A stretch of DNA of 60,998 nt from Defluviitaleaceae bacterium (lineage in GTDB: Bacteria > Bacillota > Clostridia > Lachnospirales > WRAA01), in contig WRAW01000003.1 in NCBI GenBank assembly GCA_009780015.1, positions 1 through 60,998 on the forward strand. Reading direction: 5' to 3'. Numbering within the stretch: position 1 is the stretch's first letter; each line of letters begins with the position of its first letter. Under the pieces are notes generated by a model. It did not search any database, was not told the DNA's origin, and worked only from the letters and a program-made list of their open reading frames with translations. Below are positions 45,808-56,032 of this stretch, one piece after another. The position numbers were made by a program, and so were the translations under genes.

Positions 45808-46773
45808 ATGAAAAAAGCGTACTTAGGTGTTGACATAGGCTCTATCTCTACAAAAGGCATTGTAATTAACGAAAACAACGAGATATTGGCAGACAGCTAT
45901 TTATGGACTATGGGCAACCCAATTCATGCTGTTAAAAGTGTGTTGAATGAGATGTCCGATAAGCTTGATAAGAGCCATGTCGTGGTAAATGCAGGAACGA
46001 CCGGTTCGGCAAGAAAACTTATAGGCGCGGCTTTGGGGGCGCGCGTTGTCAAGAATGAAATAACAGCCCATGCGATAGGCACACTCTCCGTTATCCCCGA
46101 TGTGCGAACAATTATTGAAATAGGCGGACAGGATTCAAAAATAATTTTAATCAATAACGGAGTCGTTATGGATTATGCTATGAATACGCTTTGCGCCGCC
46201 GGCACGGGCTCGTTTTTGAGCAGCCAGGCAAAGCGCCTTGATTTAGAGCTTAACGATTTCGCCGAACTTGCCTTGACAAGTGCTAATCCCGCTAAAATTG
46301 CCGCAAGATGTACGGTTTTTGCTGAAAGCGACCTTGTGCATAAAGCGCAGATCGGTTATAGCAAGGCCGATATAGTGGCGGGACTTTGCCGAGCCATTGT
46401 TTTGAATTATCTGAACAATGTTGGGAAGGGAAAGCAGATTAAGTCTCCCGTGGTTTTTCAAGGCGGAGTCAGTAAAAATGCCGCGGTGGTAAAAGAGTTT
46501 GAAAATGAACTTCAAACGCCGGTTCATGTGGACCCAAACGGTCATCTAATGGGGGCTCTCGGCGCGGCTGTTTTATGTAAAGCCGAAAAGGAAGAAACAA
46601 TCTTTAACTTTAACATTACTGATATCAATTTTGAGACAAAAGGGATTGAATGTACTTACTGCCCCAATAACTGTGAAATAATCTGCGTTTTAAAAAATAA
46701 AGAACTGCTTGATTCTTGGGGAAACAAATGCGAAAGGGGCATGGCGAAAGTTAATTCACAAAAAGCAGTGTAA
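45808..46773 (+). CDS. BcrAD/BadFG-family ATPase (CoA-substrate-specific enzyme activase, HgdC-like) with Cys-rich C-terminal tail
   Basis: GVDIGSISTKG and EIGGQDSK ASKHA motifs. Cluster-ligand contexts LCAAGTGSFL and RCTVFAESD. Tail CTYCPNNCEIIC...GNKCERG. Confidence 0.85.
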   Translation: MKKAYLGVDIGSISTKGIVINENNEILADSYLWTMGNPIHAVKSVLNEMSDKLDKSHVVVNAGTTGSARKLIGAALGARVVKNEITAHAIGTLSVIPDVRTIIEIGGQDSKIILINNGVVMDYAMNTLCAAGTGSFLSSQAKRLDLELNDFAELALTSANPAKIAARCTVFAESDLVHKAQIGYSKADIVAGLCRAIVLNYLNNVGKGKQIKSPVVFQGGVSKNAAVVKEFENELQTPVHVDPNGHLMGALGAAVLCKAEKEETIFNFNITDINFETKGIECTYCPNNCEIICVLKNKELLDSWGNKCERGMAKVNSQKAV

Positions 46774-46785
46774 ATATGTTATGTG

Positions 46786-46955
46786 TAAGAACCTGTGTTC
46801 AATACCCGAAATGCTGGCCGGGAGAGGCGATTTTTCGCCAATCTAGTAAATGACGACGACGCGTACCCGAAGCGGTACGCTAGGAGGAGTTGACGACGAG
46901 TGGCGGAAAATTGACCTTCTGGACAGCGTTGAGCGGTATTGAACACAGGTTCTAA
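46786..46955. repeat. family A element, copy A4 (best-preserved palindrome), between convergent operons
   Basis: TAAGAACCTGTGTTCAATACCCGAAATGCTGGCC...core...GGACAGCGTTGAGCGGTATTGAACACAGGTTCTAA. Confidence 0.85.
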
Positions 46956-47027
46956 ATATAGCAAAAGAACCCACTTAAAGCATAAGGCCCCTGTAAGCGT
47001 TAAGTAAAACCGGCGCCTGCATTATGA

Positions 47028-49130
47028 TTACTTTTGCATAATACGCATACTGTTAAAGACAGCTAACAAAGATACGCCTACATCGGCAAAAACCGCTTCC
47101 CACAGTGAAGATACGCCTAATGTAGCCAAAAACAGGAACAAAAATTTGACCCCAAGCGAAACTACAATATTCTGCCAAACTACGCGTTTTGTAAAGCGGG
47201 CGATTTCTATTGCCTCTAACAATTTTCCCGGTTCATCAGTCATGAGCACAACATCAGCCGCTTCAATAGCCGCGTCCGAACCCAGGCCGCCCATTGCCAC
47301 ACCTACGTCCGCCATAGCCAGTACAGGCGCGTCATTAATACCGTCGCCCACAAAGGCAAGGGTCTTTTTAGGCTGCTTCTGTTTGATTAACATTTCGACT
47401 TTCTCTACTTTTTGTTGGGGCAGCAAGCCGGCGTGCATTTCGTCCAGTTTCAATTCATTTGCGATAATTTTGGCGATCTGCGGAGTGTCGCCTGTCAACA
47501 TCACCGTCTTCCTAACGCCCATATTTTTTAATGAATTTACAAGTCCATAACTGTCCGGCTTTATTTTATCCGCAATCACAATACAGCCGGCAAATACTCC
47601 ATCTATCGAAACGTACACTTTTGTACCGATGCTTGGAGATTCTGTAAATGTAACTCCCATTACGCCCATCAGCTTTTCGTTTCCGGCCAGAATCGTTCTG
47701 CCGTTTGCATTTACGCTGACGCCATGCCCCGCGATCTCTTCATAATGTGTTAAGCTGTCTTTATCGATTTGTCTGCCATATTCCTGTAGGATTGACACAG
47801 CGATTGGGTGGTTTGAGAAGGTTTCGGCGCAGGCTGTCGCTTCAAGCAACTCATTTTCATTGAATCCATTTGTTGGTTGTATAGCCGTGACTTTGAAAAT
47901 ACCTTGCGTAAGAGTGCCCGTCTTGTCGAACACCACCAAATCAAGATTCGCAAGGGCTTCTAAATAGTTGCCGCCTTTTACTAAAACTCCTTTTTTGGAC
48001 GCGCCGCCAATACCGCCCATAAAGCCAAGAGGAATAGATACCACTAACGCGCAGGGACAAGATATTACAAGAAATATCAAGGCGCGGCTGACCCAGTCAA
48101 TCCAATCGCCGCCAAAGAATAATGGCGGAATGATAGCAAGTAATACCGCAAAGCCTACAACCGCGGGGGTATAATACCGAGCGAATTTTGTAATAAATGT
48201 TTCAGTGGAAGCTTTTTTATTGGTCGCATTTTCTACAAGGTCGAGTATTTTTGATACTGTTGATTCACCAAATAATTGTGTTGCTTGTATAGTGAGCACG
48301 CCATTCTGATTTATACAGCCCGATAATACGGTGTCGGATACAGACGCTTTTCGCGGTACGGATTCCCCGGTCAGCGCTGTTGTGTCCAGCATGGCTTCGC
48401 CCTCAACTACAACGCCGTCTAATGGAATTTTTTCGCCGGGTTTTACTATAAACAAGTCGCCTATTTTCACGTTGTCAGGGGCAACTTTTATTACTTGTCC
48501 GTCTTTTTTCAAGTTGGCATAATCCGGGCGTATGTCCATGAGATCGCCAATCCTTTTTTTTGATTTTGCTACCGCTATTTCTTGAAAAAACTCGCCTATC
48601 TGATAAAAAAGCATAACGATTGCGGCTTCGTAATAATAGCCGATGGCGATTGCTCCAAGCGTCGCAAATCCCATAAGGAAATTTTCATCAAAAATTTGAC
48701 CCTTTGCGATATTTCTAACCATACGAATAAGAACCTTACCGCCAAGCGATAAATAACAAAAAGCAAATAAGCCGAGCGAAACATAAGCGCTGCCGCGAAC
48801 ATCAAAAACGTACTCAAAAAGAATGCCGGTGATAAACGCGACAGCCCCGGCAGTCAGCCATAAAATTTTATACTTACTTACTGTAGCGTCTATTATCTGT
48901 TTTGCTTCGTTATTTTCTAACACTTGTATGTCCGGCTCGTATGTATGCACAATGCTTTCAATAGCTTCGCGCATATTTTTGGATTCATAGTTGACTGTTT
49001 CGATCCGTAATTTTGATGTTGCGAGGTTTACAGATACGGATTTTATGTTTTCCATTTTCTTTACCGCTCTCTCAATTTTTGCGGCGCAACCAGCACAATC
49101 TAAGCCTTGTAAAATAAATTCCTTGGCCAT
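47028..49130 (-). CDS. cadA: heavy-metal (Cd/Zn/Co-type) translocating P1B-ATPase
   Basis: 700 aa. N-terminal HMA domain GLDCAGCAAKIE, the CPC motif (SCPCALVVS), DKTGTLT and GDGINDAP. Confidence 0.9.
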   Translation of the reverse strand: MAKEFILQGLDCAGCAAKIERAVKKMENIKSVSVNLATSKLRIETVNYESKNMREAIESIVHTYEPDIQVLENNEAKQIIDATVSKYKILWLTAGAVAFITGILFEYVFDVRGSAYVSLGLFAFCYLSLGGKVLIRMVRNIAKGQIFDENFLMGFATLGAIAIGYYYEAAIVMLFYQIGEFFQEIAVAKSKKRIGDLMDIRPDYANLKKDGQVIKVAPDNVKIGDLFIVKPGEKIPLDGVVVEGEAMLDTTALTGESVPRKASVSDTVLSGCINQNGVLTIQATQLFGESTVSKILDLVENATNKKASTETFITKFARYYTPAVVGFAVLLAIIPPLFFGGDWIDWVSRALIFLVISCPCALVVSIPLGFMGGIGGASKKGVLVKGGNYLEALANLDLVVFDKTGTLTQGIFKVTAIQPTNGFNENELLEATACAETFSNHPIAVSILQEYGRQIDKDSLTHYEEIAGHGVSVNANGRTILAGNEKLMGVMGVTFTESPSIGTKVYVSIDGVFAGCIVIADKIKPDSYGLVNSLKNMGVRKTVMLTGDTPQIAKIIANELKLDEMHAGLLPQQKVEKVEMLIKQKQPKKTLAFVGDGINDAPVLAMADVGVAMGGLGSDAAIEAADVVLMTDEPGKLLEAIEIARFTKRVVWQNIVVSLGVKFLFLFLATLGVSSLWEAVFADVGVSLLAVFNSMRIMQK

Positions 49131-49156
49131 AGAACACCCTCCTGTTCAACTATATA

Positions 49157-49230
49157 TTTGAACGAATATTCAATCACAATGCAAAAAACTTGTTGTCCCC
49201 TATAATGAATTAATTGAACACATATTCAAA
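49157..49230. promoter_or_regulatory. two ArsR/SmtB-type operator boxes upstream of cadA
   Basis: TTTGAACGAATATTCAA (49157-49173) and ATTGAACACATATTCAAA (49213-49230). They resemble the 12-2-12 TGAACA-N-TATTCA type operators of CzrA/CadC-like repressors. Confidence 0.6.
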
Positions 49231-49246
49231 TAATGGGATAAAAAAA

Positions 49247-49603
49247 TTACTCTGAAATATGCTCCAGGCCTTTATCAAAAATCTCTTTTGCATGACAATC
49301 TACAAGTGAATAATACACAACCTTACCTTGCTTATCAAACTTAACAAGGTTAGCAAGCCGCAATGACTTAAGTTGATGTGACACGGCTGATGTAGTCATA
49401 CCTAGTAGCGCCGCTAAATCGCAAACGCACATTTCCTCGCAGGAAAGCGCCCATAAAATTTTTAAACGGGTATTGTCGGCAAACATTTTATAAAGGTTCG
49501 CAAGGTCATAGAAGCTTTTGCCTTCGGGCATAGCGGCACGAACACGAGCCACAACTTCCTCATGGATAACATCAAAATCGCAAGATGATGATTTCTTTTT
49601 CAT
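49247..49603 (-). CDS. ArsR/SmtB-family metalloregulator (CadC-like, alpha3N CVC site)
   Basis: LKILWALSCEEMCVCDLAALLGMTTSAVSHQLKSL (wHTH with CVC). I chose the start at ATG 49603, 9 nt after AAAGGG. The track ORF starts at 49642. Confidence 0.8.
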   Translation of the reverse strand: MKKKSSSCDFDVIHEEVVARVRAAMPEGKSFYDLANLYKMFADNTRLKILWALSCEEMCVCDLAALLGMTTSAVSHQLKSLRLANLVKFDKQGKVVYYSLVDCHAKEIFDKGLEHISE

Positions 49604-49625
49604 TCCCGACATCCCTTTAAAAACA

Positions 49626-49643
49626 TTTGAATATTTGTTCAAA
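49626..49643. promoter_or_regulatory. third operator box, upstream of the repressor gene (autoregulation)
   Basis: TTTGAATATTTGTTCAAA. This is the same half-sites as the two boxes at 49157-49230 and a perfect inverted repeat TTTGAA/TTCAAA. Confidence 0.6.
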
Positions 49644-50144
49644 TATATTATATGCTAGAGCAAGCCGTTTGTCAATAGTTTTGCAGAAAGAAATTGACGA
49701 TATGTATGTGCTACAATGATATGAGCCAATAAATAAAGATGTTCTTGATTCAGAATGGTGGAATAAGCTTAAAGACGAAATGCAGAACGCGGAAGTCATA
49801 CGCGTATAAGATAGACTGTTGTGATTTGCCCGAAAAAAACAGCGCAGGCCAAAAAAAATTGTTGTTGAATTTGCATTAAGGTTTGTGATATAATAACTTG
49901 AGAATATATACCCAAAGCTAAGAAAAAAGATTTTCAAAGGTGTTGACAAAATTGCTGAACTGTGAACAATTTTTAGTAAGCAAGAAGATAGCTCCGTATT
50001 TTTGTCGTTTAATAAAACTGAATACCCTCTAAGATATAATAAGTGGTTGTTTCTTTGTATTTCCATGCAGAGGGCAGCCGCTTCTATACTTTTCTGATGG
50101 TAAAAGTACGGTGAGATTATTGAATAAGTTTCGGAGGTATTTTT

Positions 50145-52439
50145 ATGAAGAACTTAAAGATTTCAAAAAAGCTTGCAGTTTGTTTCCTAATTGTAGTTCT
50201 GTTGACGATTATTCCAACTGTGGTTTCTTTGGTTTCAATGAGCAGCTTAGCAAATGAAACCGTGCATAATCAAAATACCATTACAGAGCCTCTGGACTTA
50301 ATGGTAAGGTTTTCAATCTCTTATGGAAACGCGCGTTCTGCCCTGCGAGATTTGGGACACGCCGTAATATTGGAAGGCGATGTAGATAGATACATAGCCG
50401 CCTCCGAAGATGGGTTGAATTTGGCAATCCACCATTTGAGGGAGTATTATGAAATGCTTTCGGCTGATGCCAGGCGCAATCAACAAGAATATGAAGCTGT
50501 ACGGAGAACTTACTTCGCAATGGTTGAATATGCGGACATCTCTTTGAATCAGCTGCTTCCGGCAATGGGGTTTGGCGGGGAGCGTAACGTGCCGGAATCG
50601 TTCGGTATTCTTCATGGTGATTTGGCTCCTCTTGACGCTGCGATAAAAGATGATATTTACTTTTTGACATCACTCAACTCGAGCAAAGGTCACGAAAGCG
50701 CGGCACGGGCAATATCTAACTTGCAGACAAGTATTATAAGCAGCGTTGCTATTCTTATTGTCATCATAATTCTTGTGCTTCTCCTCGCTGTCTATGTTTC
50801 CGGTACAATAACCAAGCCAATCGGCAAAGTTGTTGCTGTAGTAAGTGATTTGGCTAAGGGCAACATGAATATGAACATTGATAGAGCGAACGTCTCAAAA
50901 GACGAGATTGGTATGTTGATCAACGATATTTACAGCCTTGTTGATGTCATAAAAAATATAGTGGATGATTTAGACAAAATGGAGCATGAGTTTAACGTAG
51001 CCGGGGACTTCGAGTATAGGGTTGACGTTAATAAATATCAAAACTCCTTTAGGGAAATGATTGAAAAGGTACACGCAATAATAGATGACCAAACGAAAGA
51101 TATTGTTGGGGTGCTGGGCGTTATAAATCAAATAGGCGATGGGGATTTTAATATTACCATTAACGATATGCCCGGGAAAAAAGCAGTAATGCCGCAGATG
51201 CTCCGCACCGTTACCGATAACCTGAAAGGCGTCAGCGCCGAGGTAAAAGAAATGATTGAAGCGGCAGTGGGCAAAGGCGATTTAAATTTCCGAATTGATG
51301 TGGATCAATATAGGGGTGATTGGCGCGAAATTATGATTGGGCTTAACGGTATTGTAAAAGCTGTGGATGAACCAATTAGAGTGCTTAAGACATCTCTCGA
51401 TGAAATGAAAGCCGGTAGTTTTGAATTAGCTAAACTAGATAAAAAGCTTGTTGAGATGGGACTTGAACCTGATGCAAAAAAGTATAGGGGTATATTTAAG
51501 GACAGTATACTTGCTATAGATGATTCTATGGTAGAAATATATTCCTATATAAATGAACTGGATGAAGTGCTGGCTCAAATATCAGGTGGTAACTTACGCA
51601 GTAAAATTGAGCGGGAATATGTGGGTGATTTTGCTACCATTAAAAATTCAATAAACAATATCAACAGCACGCTTTACAAAACCATGTCGGAAATCTCAGC
51701 GGCATCCGAACAAGTGCTGTCAGGAGCGCAGCAAATTTCCAACAATGCAGCCAATTTATCAAACGGCGCGCAGGAACAAGCGAACTCTGTACAAGAACTC
51801 AATAATACTATAGACATGATTAACCAACAGACCAAACAAAATGCGGACAACGCGTTGACCGCTAACGAGCTTTCCAATAAGTCCACCGCCAATGCCCAAG
51901 ATGGCAACAGCGCGATGAAGCAGATGGTGGAAGCAATGATGCAGATCAAGGAATCGTCCAACAATATATCTAAGATTGTAAAGACTATTCAAGACATAGC
52001 GTTTCAAACAAATCTGCTTGCGCTGAACGCTTCTGTCGAAGCGGCAAGGGCGGGCGAACATGGAAAAGGGTTTAGTGTTGTAGCTGATGAAGTGCGCAGC
52101 CTTGCGGGGCGAAGTCAAACAGCCGCTTCCGAAACAACCAGCCTTATCCAAGACTCTATCAGCCGTGTAGAATCCGGCTCAGCCATTGCGGAAACAACAG
52201 CCGACTCATTGAACGCCATTGTCGCAAGCGCCAATGAAGTATTGGAGATTATAAGCAGAATTTCAACCGCGTCAAAAGAGCAGGCGGAAGCGATTGCGAA
52301 TGTCAGCGACGGGCTTGCGCAAATATCAAAAGTGGTACAGAACAATTCGACTGTTTCAGAAGAAACGGCGGCGGCGTCGGAGGAATTAAGCTCACAAGCC
52401 GAAGTGCTGCGGAAGTTAGTAGCGTTTTTCAAATTATAA
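50145..52439 (+). CDS. methyl-accepting chemotaxis protein with periplasmic helical sensor and multiple HAMP repeats
   Basis: 764 aa. Two TM segments bracket ~170 aa. Repeated HAMP-like units ([38 protein letters not shown]). [30 protein letters not shown]. Confidence 0.9.
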   Translation: MKNLKISKKLAVCFLIVVLLTIIPTVVSLVSMSSLANETVHNQNTITEPLDLMVRFSISYGNARSALRDLGHAVILEGDVDRYIAASEDGLNLAIHHLREYYEMLSADARRNQQEYEAVRRTYFAMVEYADISLNQLLPAMGFGGERNVPESFGILHGDLAPLDAAIKDDIYFLTSLNSSKGHESAARAISNLQTSIISSVAILIVIIILVLLLAVYVSGTITKPIGKVVAVVSDLAKGNMNMNIDRANVSKDEIGMLINDIYSLVDVIKNIVDDLDKMEHEFNVAGDFEYRVDVNKYQNSFREMIEKVHAIIDDQTKDIVGVLGVINQIGDGDFNITINDMPGKKAVMPQMLRTVTDNLKGVSAEVKEMIEAAVGKGDLNFRIDVDQYRGDWREIMIGLNGIVKAVDEPIRVLKTSLDEMKAGSFELAKLDKKLVEMGLEPDAKKYRGIFKDSILAIDDSMVEIYSYINELDEVLAQISGGNLRSKIEREYVGDFATIKNSINNINSTLYKTMSEISAASEQVLSGAQQISNNAANLSNGAQEQANSVQELNNTIDMINQQTKQNADNALTANELSNKSTANAQDGNSAMKQMVEAMMQIKESSNNISKIVKTIQDIAFQTNLLALNASVEAARAGEHGKGFSVVADEVRSLAGRSQTAASETTSLIQDSISRVESGSAIAETTADSLNAIVASANEVLEIISRISTASKEQAEAIANVSDGLAQISKVVQNNSTVSEETAAASEELSSQAEVLRKLVAFFKL

Positions 52440-52466
52440 TTAGTAATCTCATATCAAAACACTGCA

Positions 52467-52498
52467 CCCGAAGGGCATTACAAGCTCTTCGGGTTTTT
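52467..52498 (+). terminator. rho-independent terminator after the MCP gene
   Basis: CCCGAAG (52467-52473) pairs with CTTCGGG (52487-52493), followed by TTTTT. Confidence 0.75.
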
Positions 52499-53077
52499 AA
52501 ATTATTAGGAGGTTTATTGTGCTGAGAATTTGGCCTGAAGAACATGGAAACGAGACGGCTTCACATTTGCAGGAGGGCCGCCTCGTTTCCGAAAGGTGTC
52601 ATTCCGCTTCAGTTAGAGTGAATTCAATCTTTATTCCTTCACCGTATCCAGCTTAGCTAAGAGCACGGATTCAAGCCTTGCCACTGCTCCAACCAGCTTG
52701 GTTCCCGCCGTATTTTATGCAAACAAATCCTCTGTAGTTACACTTTCCAATATCATCAATCATGTTTATGTAATTCGAGCAATTGGGTAACGGAAGTCTT
52801 GCCAAAATTAGGAGCGTATTTAAACGTAATATTAAAATCTTGTGTATAGTTTGTTGCTGACGTTGAGCGTTCGTAATAGTTGCCCACGTCAGCCGCACTT
52901 ATAAAATAGCCAAGTACAGTGTGGAAATTGCTCTTGTAATTATACGTTATAGAGTAGTACAATGATATATTAATAGGCTGACGCTGATGGATTGTATGAC
53001 ATCACGGCAAGCAGCGGAAAAAATGGGGCGTTATTTTGCGCCGGTGTACAGCAATATTTGAGAGATGAAAGATACCC

Positions 53078-55120
53078 GTGTCACCACCGGGGATGGGTCG
53101 GTTACAGGTACAAGAAGAAATGGAACGAGGGCGAATCGTGAATCAAGCATTATCCCGAAAAATCAAAAAATATCCCCCATTTGCCGCCCTGCTCATTATA
53201 TTACTCGTGTCCTACTGGCTGTGGGTCAATTTGCCGGAAGATCATTATATTTCGGTATACAGCCATAACAGCATCTGGGATTTGAGGGAGTTTAACTTTG
53301 AAAATGCCGTCGCCAGCATCCACGGGCGAGTGGATTATATTCCGGCCCCCTTTCTTTCGCCGGAAAAATTTGCCGCCAGAGAAGATGAAATTTCCCGCAT
53401 CTACCCGGGCAGCCGAGAAAACCCGGCAACCGTCCGCATACGATTTGTCATGCCGGAAGATGTATACTATGTCATTACCCGCATCAGCACAGGGTACGCA
53501 GACCGGATGTATGTAAACGGCCGATGGATACATGACGTGGGGAACCCGGATGATTATGCCGATGCTACATTGTATTCCACTATTTTCACTTTTGCGGCGC
53601 GGCCTGTAAACGGTGTGATTGAAATTTTGCACCAGCAATCTAACTTCACTTACCATGTGCGCGGCGTATATCAAGGTGGTTCGTTGGACATTTATGAAGG
53701 GAATGATTACTGGCGAACTGCATATACCACCAACATCCTGCTCGGTCTTTATTTGGCTATTGCCATGATTTCTCTACTCATGTACCTGTTTTTGAACAAC
53801 TATCGCCCAGCTTTATACCTTGCCCTTTTGTGCATTGCGTGGTTTGTGTTTACAGGCGCCATGGGTTCCAGGGCGTTTATTACCATTGCTCCATGGTACT
53901 TGGATTCGCTGCGTATACGTTTGACATTCACCGTCACACCCGTAACAACCATCCTGGGCGTCGCCATCTTGCGCGATTTGTTTCCCAATATGCTGCATCG
54001 GTATTTTATACGCGGGGTAATCGCTGTTATGGCGGCATGGACTGTCTATTTTATTTTTGCCGACATTGCTTTTATATTGAGTGTTGCCCTATGGGTGTGC
54101 ATGGGCATGGCAGGCGCAGGCGCCATATATGTACTAATCATCGTGGCTTTGAACTTCCGCAGGTTGAACCACCCTCAGATCATGTTTGCTCTAGGGGAAG
54201 CGGTAATGATTTATGCTGCCGTGCGAGATATTGTATTCAACATTCCTATGGCTGTCGGCAGACAAGTCCTGCTGATTCCTCCGTTTGACGGGACGTTTTT
54301 TTTACGCATCGGTGTTATTATAGCTATATTTTGTCAATTTGCCGCTGTTTTTATGGCTGCTATGCGGGAAATGGAAAGAGCCAAAGAAGATGAACGGCGT
54401 CTTGCTGCCGACAATGCCGCCCTTGATAACTTATCCCGCATCAAAACCGAGTTTTTGACAAATTTAAGCCATGATATTAAAACCCCGCTGGCAGTTGTTT
54501 TAGGGGATATCCAAAGGATAGGCAGAGAGACCCGAAAACAAGGCTTGGAAAATGAAAGAATCAGCCAGTCCATCAGCCGAGCGCAGGAGGAAATTATGCG
54601 CATGGCTCGTTTGACTGAAAGAGCAATAAAAATGGCCGCCTTGCAGGAAAGCAACGAGAAAATGGATATGTTTGATATCGAATCTATTTTCGTAACAGGT
54701 GCGGAAGGGTATCGCAGCATTATCGAAAAACAGAGCAATACGCTAATCATTAACGCGGAAAATAATCTGCCTCAAATATACGGCAACGCTGACCAATTGA
54801 TAGGAGTACTGTCGAACTTATTAACCAATGCCAACAAACATACAAAGAATGGCGAGATCGTTGTAAATATAAAAATGGAGAAATCACCAGGAGAAGCAAA
54901 TGAGCGGTATATATCAGTCGCGGTCATGGATAATGGTGCAGGTATAGCGCCTGAAATTATGCCCCATGTTTTTGAGCGCGGCATGTCAGGCTCGGGCAGC
55001 ACAGGCATGGGCCTGGCTATATGCAAAAATATTGTTGAATCTCACGGCGGGAAAATAAGAATTGAAAGCGAGCCCGGCAAAGGTACGACGGTCACATTCA
55101 CGGTGCAATTATATAAATAA
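53078..55120 (+). CDS. sensor histidine kinase with extracellular 7TMR-DISMED2-like domain and 7 TM segments
   Basis: H-box LSHDIKTPL, N-box LLTNANKHT, G-box GSTGMGLAICK. The start is uncertain: GTG 53078 (track), ATG 53120, or GTG 53138 (6 nt after GAGGG). Confidence 0.85.
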   Translation: MSPPGMGRLQVQEEMERGRIVNQALSRKIKKYPPFAALLIILLVSYWLWVNLPEDHYISVYSHNSIWDLREFNFENAVASIHGRVDYIPAPFLSPEKFAAREDEISRIYPGSRENPATVRIRFVMPEDVYYVITRISTGYADRMYVNGRWIHDVGNPDDYADATLYSTIFTFAARPVNGVIEILHQQSNFTYHVRGVYQGGSLDIYEGNDYWRTAYTTNILLGLYLAIAMISLLMYLFLNNYRPALYLALLCIAWFVFTGAMGSRAFITIAPWYLDSLRIRLTFTVTPVTTILGVAILRDLFPNMLHRYFIRGVIAVMAAWTVYFIFADIAFILSVALWVCMGMAGAGAIYVLIIVALNFRRLNHPQIMFALGEAVMIYAAVRDIVFNIPMAVGRQVLLIPPFDGTFFLRIGVIIAIFCQFAAVFMAAMREMERAKEDERRLAADNAALDNLSRIKTEFLTNLSHDIKTPLAVVLGDIQRIGRETRKQGLENERISQSISRAQEEIMRMARLTERAIKMAALQESNEKMDMFDIESIFVTGAEGYRSIIEKQSNTLIINAENNLPQIYGNADQLIGVLSNLLTNANKHTKNGEIVVNIKMEKSPGEANERYISVAVMDNGAGIAPEIMPHVFERGMSGSGSTGMGLAICKNIVESHGGKIRIESEPGKGTTVTFTVQLYK

Positions 55121-55140
55121 AGAAAGGTTGGCTGGGAACG

Positions 55141-55878
55141 ATGTATGACATCCTTCTTGTTGAAGACAACGAGGCCATACAGCAAATCAATAAAGAACTG
55201 TTTGAGGGGGAAGGCGGCTACAATGTACGGCTTGCCATGAATATTGCCGAGGCAAGGGACAGCATTACAGAATCCGAACCCAGCCTTATCGTACTTGACA
55301 TAATGCTGCCGGACGGGAATGGGCTGGACTTTCTCAGGGAGATCAGGCGGCAAGGCTTGGATATTCCTATACTGCTGCTTACCGCCCTGGCGGAATCCGA
55401 CGACGAAGTAAGAGGCATAAGAGAGGGCGGAGATGATTATATTGCGAAGCCTTATGACAGCGAAGTTCTTTTGGTACGTATAGGTAATCTTTTAAACCGG
55501 CGACAAAAAGCTAATGAGCGGGTCAAGGAAGCTGTAACGCAGGTCAAAGCCGCCGCCGATATTGTGGAATACGGCCCGTTGACCATCAACAACATAACAC
55601 AGAGAGTAAGCCTTAATGGTGAAGATGTGAACCTGGGGCCTAAGGAATTTTTACTGCTCAATTATTTTCTCAAAAATACCGACAAGAAACTGACAGCGGA
55701 AGAGCTTTATGAGGCTGTGTGGGGTCTGGACGCCAACAGTTCTGTCGATGTAGTGAGGGTACGCATTAAAGACCTCCGAAAAAAATTGAAAATGGATGAC
55801 GAGGTTGCGGTTATCATAGAAACGGAAGAGCGGAAATATTATGTGTGCAGATTATGTGCTGGGGACGGTATATTGTAA
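55141..55878 (+). CDS. OmpR-family response regulator (receiver + winged helix)
   Basis: LLVEDNE, phospho-acceptor in LIVLDIMLPDGNG, LLTA, KPY. The C-terminal trans_reg_C-like region is ...LTAEELYEAVWG...VRVRIKDLRKKL. Confidence 0.9.
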   Translation: MYDILLVEDNEAIQQINKELFEGEGGYNVRLAMNIAEARDSITESEPSLIVLDIMLPDGNGLDFLREIRRQGLDIPILLLTALAESDDEVRGIREGGDDYIAKPYDSEVLLVRIGNLLNRRQKANERVKEAVTQVKAAADIVEYGPLTINNITQRVSLNGEDVNLGPKEFLLLNYFLKNTDKKLTAEELYEAVWGLDANSSVDVVRVRIKDLRKKLKMDDEVAVIIETEERKYYVCRLCAGDGIL

Positions 55879-56032
55879 AAGGGATTGATTAAAGCACTAC
55901 ATCAATATACCGCAACTTCATTATGATTAGGCGGCGAATAAAACTTTTGTAATATGACGTGCTGTTGTCATATTAATTATGGTATACTTGGGATACTGAA
56001 AGAAAAAATTAACTCGCAGGAGGAATTACAAA

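Noticed and set aside
46850-46942. Possible micro-ORF inside family A elements. In copies A3 and A4, AGGAGG or TAG is followed by ATGACG..., and in A4 this reads MTTTRTRSGTLGGVDDEWRKIDLLDSVERY.
   Set aside because: Copy A1 has no start codon in that frame (the frame opens right after a TAG). Copy A3 carries a 1-nt indel in the central loop that shifts the frame. Conservation is therefore at the nucleotide and structure level, not the peptide level.
7433-46955. Whether the repeated elements could be a CRISPR array or degenerate arrays.
   Set aside because: The copies are kilobases apart with no regular repeat-spacer periodicity. Each unit is itself a 60-170-bp palindrome. No cas genes are present.
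49617-50066. 149-aa minus-strand ORF in the 500-bp region upstream of the poly-HAMP MCP gene.
   Set aside because: It is AT-rich with low-complexity Ser/Leu/Phe/Ile composition and no RBS. It overlaps the repressor promoter and operator region.
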